A DNA stretch of 64,000 bases, from positions 20,753-84,752 of the forward strand of contig CACGLI010000002.1 of assembly GCA_902573865.1 (NCBI GenBank), read 5' to 3'. The position numbers were made by a program, and so were the translations under genes. The stretch comes from an uncultured Pelagibacteraceae bacterium. Lineage in GTDB: Bacteria; Pseudomonadota; Alphaproteobacteria; Pelagibacterales; Pelagibacteraceae. The notes beneath the pieces are model-generated. The model made no database searches. It saw only the letters and a list, made by a program, of their open reading frames with translations, and had not been told where the DNA came from. Shown piece after piece: positions 1 through 9,216 of the stretch (positions within the stretch are counted from its first letter, which is position 1; each line of letters starts with the position of its first letter).

Positions 1-1
1 C

Positions 2-166
2 CAAGAACTTATCAGAGAACATAAATATTTAAAAAATAAAATTGAAAACTTGAGAAGAGATTTAAAAAAAAAAACAAACTTAGAAAATGAATTCAATCAA
101 GAAATAGAGGAAATTAGTCAGGAAACGCAAAATTTATATGAGGAATTAGATAAATGGCGAACATAA
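2..166 (+). CDS. 5'-truncated coiled-coil hypothetical protein upstream of zapA
   Basis: Open frame from the window edge (QELIREHKYLKNKIENLRRDL...ELDKWRT*); stop at 164-166 overlaps the zapA start. Confidence 0.65.
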   Translation, partial: QELIREHKYLKNKIENLRRDLKKKTNLENEFNQEIEEISQETQNLYEELDKWRT

Positions 167-600
167 ATATTAAGTTTAATAACAAAGATTACCTTCTATC
201 TTGCGATGATGGACAGGAGGAGTCTTTAAAAAGTTTAACAAAGTACTTAGATAAAAAATATAGCGAGGTCAAAGATAAGCTCGGAAATATTGGTGAAAAT
301 AAGCTACTTCTAATCACAACTATACAGCTGATAGATGAATATTTTGATCTCAAACAAAGAGTTACAAAACAAAAAGCTAAAATCGATGAACTAGCTAAAA
401 AGTTTCATGAAATTAAGTCACTAGCGATAAAATATAAAGATAACAAAGATAATGAAATAAATAATTTAAACAATGAGGTTGAAAAGTTTAAAAACATTAT
501 TAAAGACAGTAATGATTTATACGAATCTTTGTTAGATAAAACAACCCAGTCTCTCGAAAAGATAATTTCAAATACTGAATCAATATCAAAAATTCAGTAA
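154..600 (+). CDS. zapA: Cell division protein ZapA
   Basis: N-terminus NIKFNNKDYLLSCDDGQEESL, long coiled coil, position upstream of ygfA. Confidence 0.85.
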   Translation: MANINIKFNNKDYLLSCDDGQEESLKSLTKYLDKKYSEVKDKLGNIGENKLLLITTIQLIDEYFDLKQRVTKQKAKIDELAKKFHEIKSLAIKYKDNKDNEINNLNNEVEKFKNIIKDSNDLYESLLDKTTQSLEKIISNTESISKIQ

Positions 601-1151
601 TGTTATCAAAAGAACTGCTTAGAAAAAAATACTCAAAATTAAGAAAGCAAAAATATTATTCAATAAAAAAAAGCTTCTTCCAACCATTAGTAAGACTATT
701 AAAAAAAAAAATTAAAAAAAATAATTTAGTAGTAGGTATATATTATCCAATTTTATCTGAGGTAAATGTTTTAAAAATTTTAGAATTCAAAATTTTCAAT
801 AAATATACAATATCACTACCTAAAATAAAAAAAGACCAAATAAAATTTTATGAATGGAACAAAACTAATGTAATGGAAGTTAATAAATATGGTATCTTGG
901 AGCCCATATTAACGAGCAATAAAGTCAATCCAGATGTTATCCTAATACCATTGCTATCGTATGATGATAAAAAAAATAGATTGGGGTATGGAAAAGGGTA
1001 TTATGATAAATTTTTAAATAATTTTTTAAAAAAAAATAAAGATATTCTTACCTTAGGTATTGCTTTTTCATTTCAAAAATATAAAAAAATTCCTACTTCT
1101 AAGCATGATATTAAACTTGATAATATTATTACTGAGAAAGGTATATTTTAA
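600..1151 (+). CDS. ygfA: 5-formyltetrahydrofolate cyclo-ligase
   Basis: RLGYGKGYYD motif and C-terminal HDIKLDNIITE. Confidence 0.92.
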   Translation: MLSKELLRKKYSKLRKQKYYSIKKSFFQPLVRLLKKKIKKNNLVVGIYYPILSEVNVLKILEFKIFNKYTISLPKIKKDQIKFYEWNKTNVMEVNKYGILEPILTSNKVNPDVILIPLLSYDDKKNRLGYGKGYYDKFLNNFLKKNKDILTLGIAFSFQKYKKIPTSKHDIKLDNIITEKGIF

Positions 1152-1955
1152 ATGAACATTTTAATATTGGGCGATATCATGGGAAAATCTGGAAGAGAAG
1201 TTCTGAAAAAAAATCTTAATAATTTAGTTGAAGAAAATCAGGTAGATTTCGTTATTGCTAATGGAGAAAACGCAGCTGATGATGGAAAAGGAATTACACA
1301 AGAAATTGCAAACGAACTATTATCGACAGGAATAGATGTTATTACCTCAGGAAATCATGTCTGGGATAAAAAAGAAATAATTGAATTAATAGAAAAAAAT
1401 AATAAAATTTTAAGACCAGCAAATTTCGTTGAGGGTTCACCAGGTAAGGGTTTTGGAGTATATTTTACAAAAAATCATAAATATAAAATTGGAGTTATAA
1501 ATTTAATTGGAAATGTTTTCATGAGAAAATCTGATGATGTTTTTAAAGTAGCAAGTGAATTAAAAAAAAAAATAAAATTAAAAAAAGATGTAGATTTTTT
1601 AATTATTGATTTTCATGGAGAAATAACGAGTGAAAAAATGGCAATAGGTCATTTTTTTGATGGAGTATCAACTGCTGTGGTTGGAACTCATACACATATA
1701 CCTACAGCCGATACTAGGATTTTAAAAAATGGAACTGCTTACCAAACTGACATTGGTATGTGTGGAGATTACGACTCTGTAATTGGAATGAATAAGGAAA
1801 ATTCAATTAAAAAATTTTTAAAGGACAAGAGCGCAATTAATAACTTTCCAGCTAACGGTGAAGCGTCTTTATCAGGTATTTTGATTGAAGCAAATTTAGA
1901 TAATGGCTTAGCTCAAAAAGTGAGAAGAATTATAAAAGGCGGAAGTTTAGTATAG
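1152..1955 (+). CDS. ymdB: YmdB family (TIGR00282-type) metallophosphoesterase
   Basis: GDIMG, NGENAA, TSGNH, DFHGE, GTHTH, TDIGMCG motifs. Confidence 0.92.
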   Translation: MNILILGDIMGKSGREVLKKNLNNLVEENQVDFVIANGENAADDGKGITQEIANELLSTGIDVITSGNHVWDKKEIIELIEKNNKILRPANFVEGSPGKGFGVYFTKNHKYKIGVINLIGNVFMRKSDDVFKVASELKKKIKLKKDVDFLIIDFHGEITSEKMAIGHFFDGVSTAVVGTHTHIPTADTRILKNGTAYQTDIGMCGDYDSVIGMNKENSIKKFLKDKSAINNFPANGEASLSGILIEANLDNGLAQKVRRIIKGGSLV

Positions 1956-1959
1956 TTTT

Positions 1960-2685
1960 ATGGCTGGGCATTCTCATTGGGCAGGAATTAAACATAAAAA
2001 AGGTAGAGCAGACAAAGAAAGATCTAAACTTTTTTCAAAGCTATCAAGAGAAATAACAGTAGCTGCAAAACTTGGAGATAAAAACCCGGAGATGAATCCT
2101 AGATTGAGATCAGCCATACAGGCAGCTAAGCAATCTAATATGCCTAAGGAAAATATTTCAAGAGCTATTAGTAAGTCAGAACTGAGCGAGGGAAAAAATT
2201 ATGATCAATTAAAATATGAGGCCTTTGGTCCCAACAACACGGCTATTATAATTGAAAGCTTGACAGATAACAAAAATAGATCGGCTTCTAGTATCAGAAC
2301 TGTTTTACAAAAAAAGGGAGGAAGGCTAGGTGAGTCTGGATCAGCCAAGCACCTTTTTTTTTCATGCGGGATTATTAGACTAAAAAAAATTGATATTGAC
2401 GATAATAAAATTTTAGAATTAACAACAAGTCTAGGCGCCAAAGATTTCTCAATAAACGATGATTTCTATGAAATTATTACAGAAAAAGAAAATTTTTATA
2501 AAATTAAAGTTGATATTGAAAAAAAGATTGGGAAAATTATGTACTCTGGATTGGAGTGGAGACCTTTTAATCGAATTAATTTAGACATAGAAAAGGTTAA
2601 GGATTTTATTGATTTATTAGGAAAACTTGATGAACTTGAAGATGTTCAAAACATTTATACTAATGTAAACTTAGATGAAGCTTAA
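1960..2685 (+). CDS. yebC: YebC/PmpR family protein
   Basis: MAGHSHWAGIKHKKG N-terminus, LTDNKNRS, DVQNIYTN. Confidence 0.95.
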   Translation: MAGHSHWAGIKHKKGRADKERSKLFSKLSREITVAAKLGDKNPEMNPRLRSAIQAAKQSNMPKENISRAISKSELSEGKNYDQLKYEAFGPNNTAIIIESLTDNKNRSASSIRTVLQKKGGRLGESGSAKHLFFSCGIIRLKKIDIDDNKILELTTSLGAKDFSINDDFYEIITEKENFYKIKVDIEKKIGKIMYSGLEWRPFNRINLDIEKVKDFIDLLGKLDELEDVQNIYTNVNLDEA

Positions 2686-2688
2686 AAT

Positions 2689-3174
2689 ATGATAATATTT
2701 GGTATAGACCCAGGTTTAAATGGAGCAATCGCAGTATTCAATAACAATAAGATTAAAGTAGTTTTTGAAATCCCGGTGATGACCGAAGGAAAAAAAAATA
2801 AAAAACAATTAAATAGCGCACATTTAGTAAAACTATTAAGGGACAATTTGGTTGAGAATGAGGAAACATCCGTAGTTGTTGAACAAGTAAATGCAATGCC
2901 AGGACAAGGTGTTACTAGCATGTTTAATTTTGGCCAGACATTTGGTGCAATTAAAGGTATTTGTGCGTCATTAGGATTGCCTATTTTTTTTGTACGTCCG
3001 TCTAGATGGAAAAAACATTTTGATCTAATAAACTCTCAGAAAGACTCTAGCAGAACAAAGGCAATCGAAATGTATCCCTCCTTATCTAATGAGCTATCAA
3101 GAAAGAAAGATGTAAACAAAGCTGATGCAATTTTAATAGCAAGATATTTTTTTGAAACTAATATATCGAAATAA
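2689..3174 (+). CDS. RuvC-fold Holliday junction resolvase, MOC1/phage-like subtype
   Basis: GIDPG, VVEQ and KADAILIA acidic motifs; WKK..L, KDSSR and LSRKKD segments resemble MOC1 rather than E. coli RuvC; located after yebC. Confidence 0.8.
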   Translation: MIIFGIDPGLNGAIAVFNNNKIKVVFEIPVMTEGKKNKKQLNSAHLVKLLRDNLVENEETSVVVEQVNAMPGQGVTSMFNFGQTFGAIKGICASLGLPIFFVRPSRWKKHFDLINSQKDSSRTKAIEMYPSLSNELSRKKDVNKADAILIARYFFETNISK

Positions 3175-3246
3175 CAATGAATTTTATTATATTACATTGA
3201 ATTTTGATATTTGCGCCAAATTCATGACACATTCTGAAAGTAATGA

Positions 3247-3933
3247 ATGTTTATGGAACAAGAAATTGCATCACAAGTTGTCGGATTAGGTGGAAATTCA
3301 GATTTTTCATTATGGCAACTTTTTTTGCGTGCTGATTTTGTTGTAAAATCAGTAATAATTTTATTAATCGCTGCCTCAATTTTTTCTTGGGCTCTAATTT
3401 TCGATAAATATAAACTTTTTAAAAGAATAAACGCTTCAACAGAAGATTTTGAAAAAAGATTTTGGAAAGCAAAATCTGCTGAAAGTTTTAACAACAATCT
3501 TCCCTCGAATACAAAAGACCCAGCCACTAATATTTTTAAGATAGCGATGGCAGAACTTATTAAAACAAAAAGACAATCCTCTGCAGTTCAACTTGCAAGA
3601 GTTGAAAGAATTTTAGAAATAGCAACTGATAATGAAATAAAGAATATTGAGAAAAATTTTACTTTTCTAGCAACAGTAGGATCGACTGCTCCTTTTATAG
3701 GGTTGTTCGGAACTGTTTGGGGAATAATGAATTCCTTTCAATCAATCGCAATTTCAAGAAACACCAGTTTAGCAATCGTAGCACCGGGTATAGCAGAGGC
3801 ATTATTTGCAACTGCTTTAGGATTACTTGCAGCAATTCCTGCAGTTGTTGCATACAATAAATTTAATAGTGACTCACGAAGATACTTCTCAAAAATTGAA
3901 AATTTTTCTAAAAGATTTTTATCAATTATATAA
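3247..3933 (+). CDS. tolQ: TolQ (start may be ATG 3253)
   Basis: FLATVGSTAPFIGLFGTVWGIM and APGIAEALFATALGL motifs. Confidence 0.95.
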   Translation: MFMEQEIASQVVGLGGNSDFSLWQLFLRADFVVKSVIILLIAASIFSWALIFDKYKLFKRINASTEDFEKRFWKAKSAESFNNNLPSNTKDPATNIFKIAMAELIKTKRQSSAVQLARVERILEIATDNEIKNIEKNFTFLATVGSTAPFIGLFGTVWGIMNSFQSIAISRNTSLAIVAPGIAEALFATALGLLAAIPAVVAYNKFNSDSRRYFSKIENFSKRFLSII

Positions 3934-4346
3934 TGGCTTTTAAAATAAATCGTTCAAAAAATACCCCTATGAGTGAAATTAATGTTACTCCGTTTGTAGA
4001 TGTAATGCTTGTATTACTTATAATTTTCATGGTTACAGCTCCACTTTTAACTGTTGGAGTCCAAGTTGATCTCCCCGAGTCTGCCGCTGACTCGCTGCCT
4101 GATGATCAAGAACCATTAACAATTTCAATCAACTCAAAAGGTGAACTCTATATACAAGAACATAAAGTTACTTTTCAAAAATTAATACCAAAACTTTTAG
4201 CTATTGCTAAGAATAGAACTGATACAAGAATATATGTAAGAGGTGATAAAACTATAAATTATGGGAGAGTTTTAGAAGTAATGGGTACTTTATCGGGTGC
4301 AGGATTTTCAAAAGTTGCTTTAATTTCCGAACCTTACAAAAATTAA
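3933..4346 (+). CDS. tolR: TolR
   Basis: SEINVTPFVDVMLVLLIIFMVTAP motif. Confidence 0.95.
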   Translation: MAFKINRSKNTPMSEINVTPFVDVMLVLLIIFMVTAPLLTVGVQVDLPESAADSLPDDQEPLTISINSKGELYIQEHKVTFQKLIPKLLAIAKNRTDTRIYVRGDKTINYGRVLEVMGTLSGAGFSKVALISEPYKN

Positions 4347-4353
4347 ATGAACA

Positions 4354-5160
4354 ATGATAAAAAGTGTATTTTATTCAATAGTATTTCACTCAGTCATGAT
4401 ATTACTAACTGTCTTGAGTCTCCCTTTTATGCTTAGAGAACCAATAGATTTGCCTCCAATAGTGTCAGTTGAGTTAATTCAAATATCCGATAAAACTAAC
4501 ATACCTTATGCTCCTAAAGTAAGAAAAATTATTGAGGAAACAAAAAAAAAAGAGGAACGAGTGGTATCAGAGCAAGCGCCTCCAGCAGCAAAAGCCAAAG
4601 AAAAACCTGATCGAATTCCCTTACCAGATGAAAAAAAAATTGAAAGAGATTTAGTTAAAAAAAAACAAAATCCAGAAGAAATAGAACCCCAGATTAGGCA
4701 ATCATCAGAATTTGAAAAAAAAGAAATCGTCGATACAAATCAAATTGCTGCGTTAATTGATAAAGCAAAAGAGGAAGAGGCAGCTAAAGAAAAATCATTT
4801 AATAAAATTACCCAAAGCAGTGTAAAAAATTCCTTTGCGACTGGTCTAACTTTATCCGAAGAAGACGCATTGAGAGCACAAATATTTGGATGCTGGAGTG
4901 TTCCTCTTGGTTTACCTTATGATGATAATTTATTGGTAAGAATAAAGTTAAAACTTAAAAAAGATGGAACAATTCTTAATTCAGAAATTCTCGATCACGA
5001 AAGAATGAACCGGCCTGGGCAGAAATTTTATAAAATACTTGCAGAGAGCGCATTAAGAGCAGTAAGATTGTGCCAACCACTAAAAGTTCCCCCTACAGGA
5101 TATGAAAAATGGAAAGAAATGCAACTTAACTTTGACCCAACAGAAATGCTACGAGGATAA
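4354..5160 (+). CDS. tolA: TolA-like cell envelope protein
   Basis: N-terminal TM with SxxxH, charged linker, C-terminal domain with IFGCW and AESALRAV; between tolR and tolB. Confidence 0.85.
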   Translation: MIKSVFYSIVFHSVMILLTVLSLPFMLREPIDLPPIVSVELIQISDKTNIPYAPKVRKIIEETKKKEERVVSEQAPPAAKAKEKPDRIPLPDEKKIERDLVKKKQNPEEIEPQIRQSSEFEKKEIVDTNQIAALIDKAKEEEAAKEKSFNKITQSSVKNSFATGLTLSEEDALRAQIFGCWSVPLGLPYDDNLLVRIKLKLKKDGTILNSEILDHERMNRPGQKFYKILAESALRAVRLCQPLKVPPTGYEKWKEMQLNFDPTEMLRG

Positions 5161-6498
5161 ATGAAAAAAAATTTTCTATTCTTTGTAATATTATTTTTTC
5201 TAACTAAACCAGCTTTTGCTCTGATAGAAGTTGACATAACAAGAGGTAATCTAGATCCATTGCCAATTGCAATTTCACCACTCCATGTAGATCTAAAATC
5301 AGAAAATGTCGACGGATTAAACATTAAAGATTTTGGAATAAATATTTCAGAAATTATAGAAAAAAATTTCAAGGGAACCGGTTTATTCAATCCCTTAAAG
5401 AAAGATGCTTTCGTTCAAAAACCTGATATTGCACATTTGAAACCAAGATTTGAAGATTGGAGATTAATTAAAGCCCAAGCTCTAGTTACTGGTAAATTAC
5501 TAGTTAAAGATAATAAATTAAAAGTAGAGTTTAGACTTTGGGACTTAACTGCAGCAAAGGAAATGACCGCTTTAGCCTTTACAACAACCCCATCAAACTG
5601 GAGAAGAGTAGCGCATATTATATCAGATAAAATTTATGAGAGGTTAACTGGAGAACAAGGTTATTTTGATACTAGAATAATTTATGTTGCAGAGTCCGGC
5701 CCAAAGAATAAAAGAATAAAGAAATTAGCCATAATGGATCAAGATGGTGCTAACACAAAATACTTAACTTTAGGTAATGAATTGGTATTGACTCCAAGAT
5801 TTAATCCAACAAATCAAATGGTTACTTATCTCTCTTATTTCAGAAATTTACCTCGGGTTTATTTGTTAGATATTGAAACTGGAACGCAAGAAGTTGTTGG
5901 AAATTTTCCAGGGATGACTTTTGCACCACGATTTTCTCCTGATGGAAAAAAAATTATTATGAGCTTTGCCAAAGATGGAAATTCAGACATTTATACTATG
6001 GATTTAGAAACAAGAGTTGTAGAGAGAATTACAGAAAACTCTGCAATAGATACCTCTCCTTCATTTTCTCCTGATGGTAAATTTATCTCTTTTAACTCTG
6101 ATCGAAGTGGTCTCCAGCAAATCTATGTTATGAGAAGTGATGGAAGTAATATTAAAAGAATTACTTTTGGAAATGGTATTTATGGTACTCCAGTATGGTC
6201 GCCCAGAGGAGATCTCATTGCTTTTACAAAAATGAGAAAAGGAAAATTTTATATAGGGGTAATGAGAACAGATGGTTCTGGAGAGAGACTTTTAACTGAA
6301 AATTTTTATCAAGAAGCCCCATCATGGTCTCCAAATGGAAGAGTTCTGATGTTTTATAGAGAGACTAAATCTGGACCTCAAGGAAAGGGGTTTTCAGCTA
6401 AATTGTGGTCTATTGATATAACTGGTTATAATGAGAGAAAAGTTTCGACTGAAACTGACGCTTCAGACCCATCTTGGTCCTCATTGCTTTCAAAGTGA
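5161..6498 (+). CDS. tolB: TolB
   Basis: Signal peptide, [14 protein letters not shown], repeated PxFSPDG beta-propeller motifs. Confidence 0.95.
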   Translation: MKKNFLFFVILFFLTKPAFALIEVDITRGNLDPLPIAISPLHVDLKSENVDGLNIKDFGINISEIIEKNFKGTGLFNPLKKDAFVQKPDIAHLKPRFEDWRLIKAQALVTGKLLVKDNKLKVEFRLWDLTAAKEMTALAFTTTPSNWRRVAHIISDKIYERLTGEQGYFDTRIIYVAESGPKNKRIKKLAIMDQDGANTKYLTLGNELVLTPRFNPTNQMVTYLSYFRNLPRVYLLDIETGTQEVVGNFPGMTFAPRFSPDGKKIIMSFAKDGNSDIYTMDLETRVVERITENSAIDTSPSFSPDGKFISFNSDRSGLQQIYVMRSDGSNIKRITFGNGIYGTPVWSPRGDLIAFTKMRKGKFYIGVMRTDGSGERLLTENFYQEAPSWSPNGRVLMFYRETKSGPQGKGFSAKLWSIDITGYNERKVSTETDASDPSWSSLLSK

Positions 6499-6574
6499 GG
6501 TTTTATTTATGTAATTTAAGCTTGAATAATCTAATATAATTTGAAATATTGAAAAAAATAACTTAGGGGAAAAT

Positions 6575-7051
6575 ATGAATTTTAAAACGAATTTAAAGAA
6601 CTTAGTATTAATTGCTCTTGCAACATTAATATTAAATGCCTGTTCAACTGCGAAGAAAGCCGACGGTTTAGACGGTGATGTTTATACTGGAAAAGAGACA
6701 GTGGAATTTCTAGCCAGCGGTGTTCCGGACAGAGTGTTTTTTGCTACTAACAAATCTTCTCTAACAACTAAATCAAGAGAAACGTTACGTAAGCAAGCTA
6801 CTTTTTTAAGAAAAAATAAAAACTTGAGTGTAACAATTGAAGGTCATGCAGATGAAAGAGGTACAAGAGAATATAACTTGGCCCTAGGTGAGAGAAGAGC
6901 GAATGCTGCTAAGGACTACCTAATGACTTATGGTATTTCAGGTAAAAGAATATCAGTAATTAGTTATGGTAAGGAAAGACCTGTAAACACAGAGTCAACA
7001 CCTCTCGCTTGGTCTCAAAATAGAAGATCAGTTACAGTTAAAATTAACTAA
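6575..7051 (+). CDS. pal: Peptidoglycan-associated lipoprotein Pal
   Basis: Lipobox LNAC; IEGHADERGTREYNLALGERRA. Confidence 0.95.
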   Translation: MNFKTNLKNLVLIALATLILNACSTAKKADGLDGDVYTGKETVEFLASGVPDRVFFATNKSSLTTKSRETLRKQATFLRKNKNLSVTIEGHADERGTREYNLALGERRANAAKDYLMTYGISGKRISVISYGKERPVNTESTPLAWSQNRRSVTVKIN

Positions 7052-7064
7052 TATTATAATTTAC

Positions 7065-7104
7065 AAAAAGACCCTTATATTTAATGTATAAGGGTCTTTT
7101 TTTT
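7065..7104 (+). terminator. Intrinsic terminator after pal
   Basis: Stem aaaaagacccttata / tataagggtcttttt followed by a T run. Confidence 0.85.
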
Positions 7105-7131
7105 GCCATTTTATAAAAATAATAATTATAA

Positions 7132-8127
7132 ATGATTTGGTCAAAAATCAGAATTATTAAAAAGGTAAGCTACTTACTAATTTTTTTATTTAGCCTTGTT
7201 CACTTCAATCTTTATGCAGATGAGAGGATCCAAGCAGCAATTGAGCAAATAAATATTATTTCAAAAGATTTGAAAACTCTAGAAAAGGCAGTTTATAAAA
7301 GCTCTGATGCTGTAAATTTAAGTGGCTCAAACCAAAACATAAATGAAGACATCATGGCCAAACATTTATTAAAACTTAACGATATTGAAAACCAATTTAG
7401 AGAGTTAACTAATAGATTTGAAGAAATAAATTTTAAAATGGATAAATTATCAAAGCGTGTCACAAAAATTCAATCAGATACTCAAATGAGAATATCTGAT
7501 TTAGAGCAGGAAAACTCTTTGCAAAATTCTACAACCAAAAAAAAAAAATCAGTTGACAAAAAACCAAAAGAGCAAGTTGTAGTCTCAAACCCTTCTAAGC
7601 CACAAGATTTTGGTGCCTTACCAGGATATCAAAAAAAAAAAGATTTACCGGAAAAACAACAAGTTAACTCTGTGGAGACTGCAGGTACCGTTGTGACATC
7701 ACAAGCAGAGAGATCAGAGTCTTTGCTACCTAACAAACCTCCCAAAGATCAATATGATTTTGCAATTAATTTTATGAAAATAGGTGACTATGAAACTGCA
7801 GAATTTGCTTTAAAAGAATTCATTGAAAAAAATAAAGATCATGACTTAGCTGGAAGTGCTCAATATTGGTATGGTGAAACCTTTAGAATAAGACAGCTTT
7901 ATTCTGATGCTGCTTCCGCTTACTTAGATGGATATCAAAACTATCCTAAAAGTAAAAAAGCTCCGGATAATCTTCTAAAACTCGGAATCACCATGGTTCA
8001 ATTGGGTGAGAAAGATCAAGGATGCAAAATGATTGCTGGAATAAAAAAACAATACCCAAATGCAAAGCAGTCTGTGATACAAAAGGCTCAATATGAGCAA
8101 AAAAAATTCAAGTGTAAAAAAGTTTAA
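7132..8127 (+). CDS. cpoB: Tol-pal system protein YbgF/CpoB
   Basis: N-terminal coiled coil; TPR with AQYWYGE and YPKSKKAPDNLLKLG; follows pal. Confidence 0.9.
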   Translation: MIWSKIRIIKKVSYLLIFLFSLVHFNLYADERIQAAIEQINIISKDLKTLEKAVYKSSDAVNLSGSNQNINEDIMAKHLLKLNDIENQFRELTNRFEEINFKMDKLSKRVTKIQSDTQMRISDLEQENSLQNSTTKKKKSVDKKPKEQVVVSNPSKPQDFGALPGYQKKKDLPEKQQVNSVETAGTVVTSQAERSESLLPNKPPKDQYDFAINFMKIGDYETAEFALKEFIEKNKDHDLAGSAQYWYGETFRIRQLYSDAASAYLDGYQNYPKSKKAPDNLLKLGITMVQLGEKDQGCKMIAGIKKQYPNAKQSVIQKAQYEQKKFKCKKV

Positions 8128-9133
8128 AAAGAAATTTCAAGAAAATTCAAGAATATTAAATATATATAATGTATTTAAAAAAAATATTTCTTTTTCAAAA
8201 AAAAATTCAATTGTTGTTGCAGTGTCAGGTGGCGCAGACAGTTTAGCTTTATCTGCTTTAACAAAATTCAACCAATACAATGGAAAAAATAAATACTTTT
8301 ATGTTTTAATTGATCACGGATATAGAAAAAAGTCTGCAGCTGAAGCTTTAAAAGTAAGGCAAATGATTAAGACAAAAATTAACGAGAATTTAATTATAAT
8401 TAAAAATAAAAAAAAATTTAAAAGTAATCTTCAGAAAAATTTCCGTGAAATTCGATATAAAAATTTGTTTAATTTTTGTATTAAAAAAAAAGCAAAGATT
8501 TTAATGACCGCACATCATTTTAATGATCAAATTGAAACATTTTTAATTCGATTAGCTCGTGGTAGTGGAGTGCAGGGACTTTCCTCAATGCAAATGATAA
8601 ACAAGACTAATAAAAAAGTTAAATTAGTAAGACCACTGTTAGAGGTAAAAAAAAAAGATCTCAAATTTATTGCAAAAAAAATATTTAATAATTACTTAAA
8701 AGATCCCTCTAATATTAGTAAAAAATTTCTAAGATCTAATATCAGAACTTTAACCTCACAACTTGAAAACTATGGAATTAGTCATGATCAAATTTTTAGA
8801 TCTATAAGAAATATAAACGCAACAAATGATTTAGTTAATCAATATACTAATGATTTGATGAAAAAAACTGTTACTAGAAAAAGAGGTTTAATATTAATCA
8901 AGCAAAAAAATTTTTTTTCATATGACACTGAAATTAAGCGTATTATTATAGGCAGACTTATCAAGGATGTTAATAAAAAAGACTATCCACCTAGATCGAA
9001 AAAAATCTCTTTTGTAATAAAAAAGTTCGAGGAAGGATCCTTAAATAAACTAACTTTAGGCGGCTGTGTTCTAAGACTAAATGATTCACATATAACAATT
9101 CAAAAAGAGGTTAAAAAACCAGATTTTTATTAA
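8093..9133 (+). CDS. tilS: tRNA(Ile)-lysidine synthase
   Basis: VAVSGGADS PP-loop, DHG, TAHHFNDQIETF, RPLL, DPSN. Confidence 0.93.
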   Translation: MSKKNSSVKKFKKKFQENSRILNIYNVFKKNISFSKKNSIVVAVSGGADSLALSALTKFNQYNGKNKYFYVLIDHGYRKKSAAEALKVRQMIKTKINENLIIIKNKKKFKSNLQKNFREIRYKNLFNFCIKKKAKILMTAHHFNDQIETFLIRLARGSGVQGLSSMQMINKTNKKVKLVRPLLEVKKKDLKFIAKKIFNNYLKDPSNISKKFLRSNIRTLTSQLENYGISHDQIFRSIRNINATNDLVNQYTNDLMKKTVTRKRGLILIKQKNFFSYDTEIKRIIIGRLIKDVNKKDYPPRSKKISFVIKKFEEGSLNKLTLGGCVLRLNDSHITIQKEVKKPDFY

Positions 9134-9180
9134 AAACCGTCATTTTGCCTCAATTTATCTTTTATTTGCAATTATGTATA

Positions 9181-9209
9181 CTTGAATAATATAAAAATAA
9201 TACTTATTT
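9181..9209 (+). promoter_or_regulatory. Putative RpoH (sigma32)-type promoter of ftsH
   Basis: CTTGAA-N16-CTTATTT just upstream of the ftsH ATG, similar to the alphaproteobacterial heat-shock consensus. Confidence 0.45.
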
Positions 9210-9216
9210 AATAGAT

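Noticed and set aside
2632-2647. GAAC-N8-GTTC upstream of the resolvase as an SOS box
   Set aside because: Inverted rather than direct repeat, wrong spacing for alphaproteobacterial LexA, and inside conserved yebC codons.
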